14,276 nucleotides of DNA from NCBI GenBank assembly GCA_035355175.1, contig DAOQBQ010000008.1, positions 1 to 14,276 of the forward strand. Direction: 5' to 3'. Made by a program: the position numbers and the translations under genes. The DNA comes from Candidatus Dojkabacteria bacterium (GTDB taxonomy: Bacteria; Patescibacteriota; Dojkabacteria; SC72). This document shows positions 13,815-14,276 of this stretch, one piece after another; the first letter of the stretch is position 1; every line of letters begins with the position of its first letter. The notes below the pieces were generated by a model. The model searched no databases. It was not told the DNA's origin and saw only the letters and a program-made list of their open reading frames with translations.

Positions 13815-14276
13815 ATGGAAAAAATTAGTAAAAGAGATATTGAACAACTAACTCAAAAACTTCTTGAAATAGAGGAAACTTTAAATATAGATTCTAAAAA
13901 AGAAATACTTAATACACTACAACAGGAAAGTGGTACCCCTGATTTTTGGAAAAATCAAGAACACGCTCAAGACACTTTATCAGAAATTGCTGATATAAAA
14001 GAGGAAATTAGCAAGATTGAAACACTTAAAAACTCTTTACAATCATTACTCTCTTTAATAGAGGATACCTCTGAAGACGAAAAGCAACTATTAATTGAAG
14101 ATTACAATAAATTGAAAGATGAAATATCTCAATTTGAATCTCTAAAATTCCTCTCTGGGAAGTATGATATGTGTGATACCATAATGTCTATTCATTCAGG
14201 TCAAGGAGGAACTGAAGCAAACGATTGGGCAGAAATGCTTTTTAGGATGTATACCATGTATATACAGAAGAAAGGC
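13815..14276 (+). CDS. prfB: Peptide chain release factor 2, 3'-truncated by the window edge
   Basis: Absent from the ORF track because there is no stop in the window. My translation from ATG 13815 gives 154 stop-free codons: MEKISKRDIEQLTQKLLEIEETLNIDSKKEIL...GTPDFWKNQEHAQ...IHSGQGGTEANDWAEMLFRMYTMYIQKKG. GGTEAxDWA..ML.RMY is RF2-type, whereas RF1 has GGDEA..FA. Confidence 0.88.
   Translation, partial: MEKISKRDIEQLTQKLLEIEETLNIDSKKEILNTLQQESGTPDFWKNQEHAQDTLSEIADIKEEISKIETLKNSLQSLLSLIEDTSEDEKQLLIEDYNKLKDEISQFESLKFLSGKYDMCDTIMSIHSGQGGTEANDWAEMLFRMYTMYIQKKG

Noticed and set aside
13860-13871. CTT CTT GAA (codons 16-18 of prfB) as a possible remnant of the RF2 CUU-UGA frameshift site.
   Set aside because: There is no in-frame or +1 stop configuration. 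The reading frame is continuous through the conserved GGTEAxDW region, so the resemblance is superficial.
1-14276. Searched for CRISPR repeats, IS or transposase ends, integrase or attachment sites next to the tRNAs, toxin-antitoxin pairs and defence genes.
   Set aside because: Nothing was found. There are no repeated 25-40-mers, no recombinase-like ORF and no direct repeat of the tRNA 3' ends. Every ORF over 70 aa on the coding strand is accounted for by a housekeeping family.

Overview
This is an AT-rich window (about one-third G+C by eye, not computed) and it is extremely gene-dense. By my count only about 480 of 14,276 nt lie outside called genes. It reads as core housekeeping chromosome of a small-genome bacterium. 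The tiny or overlapping gene junctions, near absence of Shine-Dalgarno motifs and a cohesin-like surface protein fit a Patescibacteria/CPR-like lineage, but that taxonomic call is inference only.

Plus-strand start of the window: lepB (5' partial), parA, parB.

A 7.56-kb block of nine genes follows on the minus strand. In transcription order it is ftsQ-like, ftsA, ftsZ, DUF167, ftsW (SEDS), rplU, a 388-aa Trm11-like methyltransferase, rpmA, and an RlmB-like 2'-O-methyltransferase.

The rest is a DedA-family protein (+), tRNA-Phe(GAA) and tRNA-Gly(GCC) (-), a signal-peptide/cohesin-like/C-terminally anchored protein (-), uppP (+), gpmI (-), and a 3'-open prfB (+) that the ORF track omits.

I found no mobile element, CRISPR array, defence or toxin locus, or large repeat, and no clear multi-gene novel system. 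The observations most worth follow-up are:
1. A THUMP/Trm11-like methyltransferase sits between rplU and rpmA and is translationally coupled to rplU. The adjacent L27 has lost the conserved basic residues of its N-terminal tail, the part that reaches the peptidyl-transferase centre.
2. A minimal DUF167 gene is locked between ftsZ and ftsW.
3. -10 or extended -10 boxes recur 6-9 nt upstream of ATGs, which suggests leaderless mRNAs.
4. Two convergent gene pairs share a TTAA double stop.
5. tRNA-Phe has C instead of U at position 55.

The standard genetic code is supported: UGA is used as a stop and RF2 is present.
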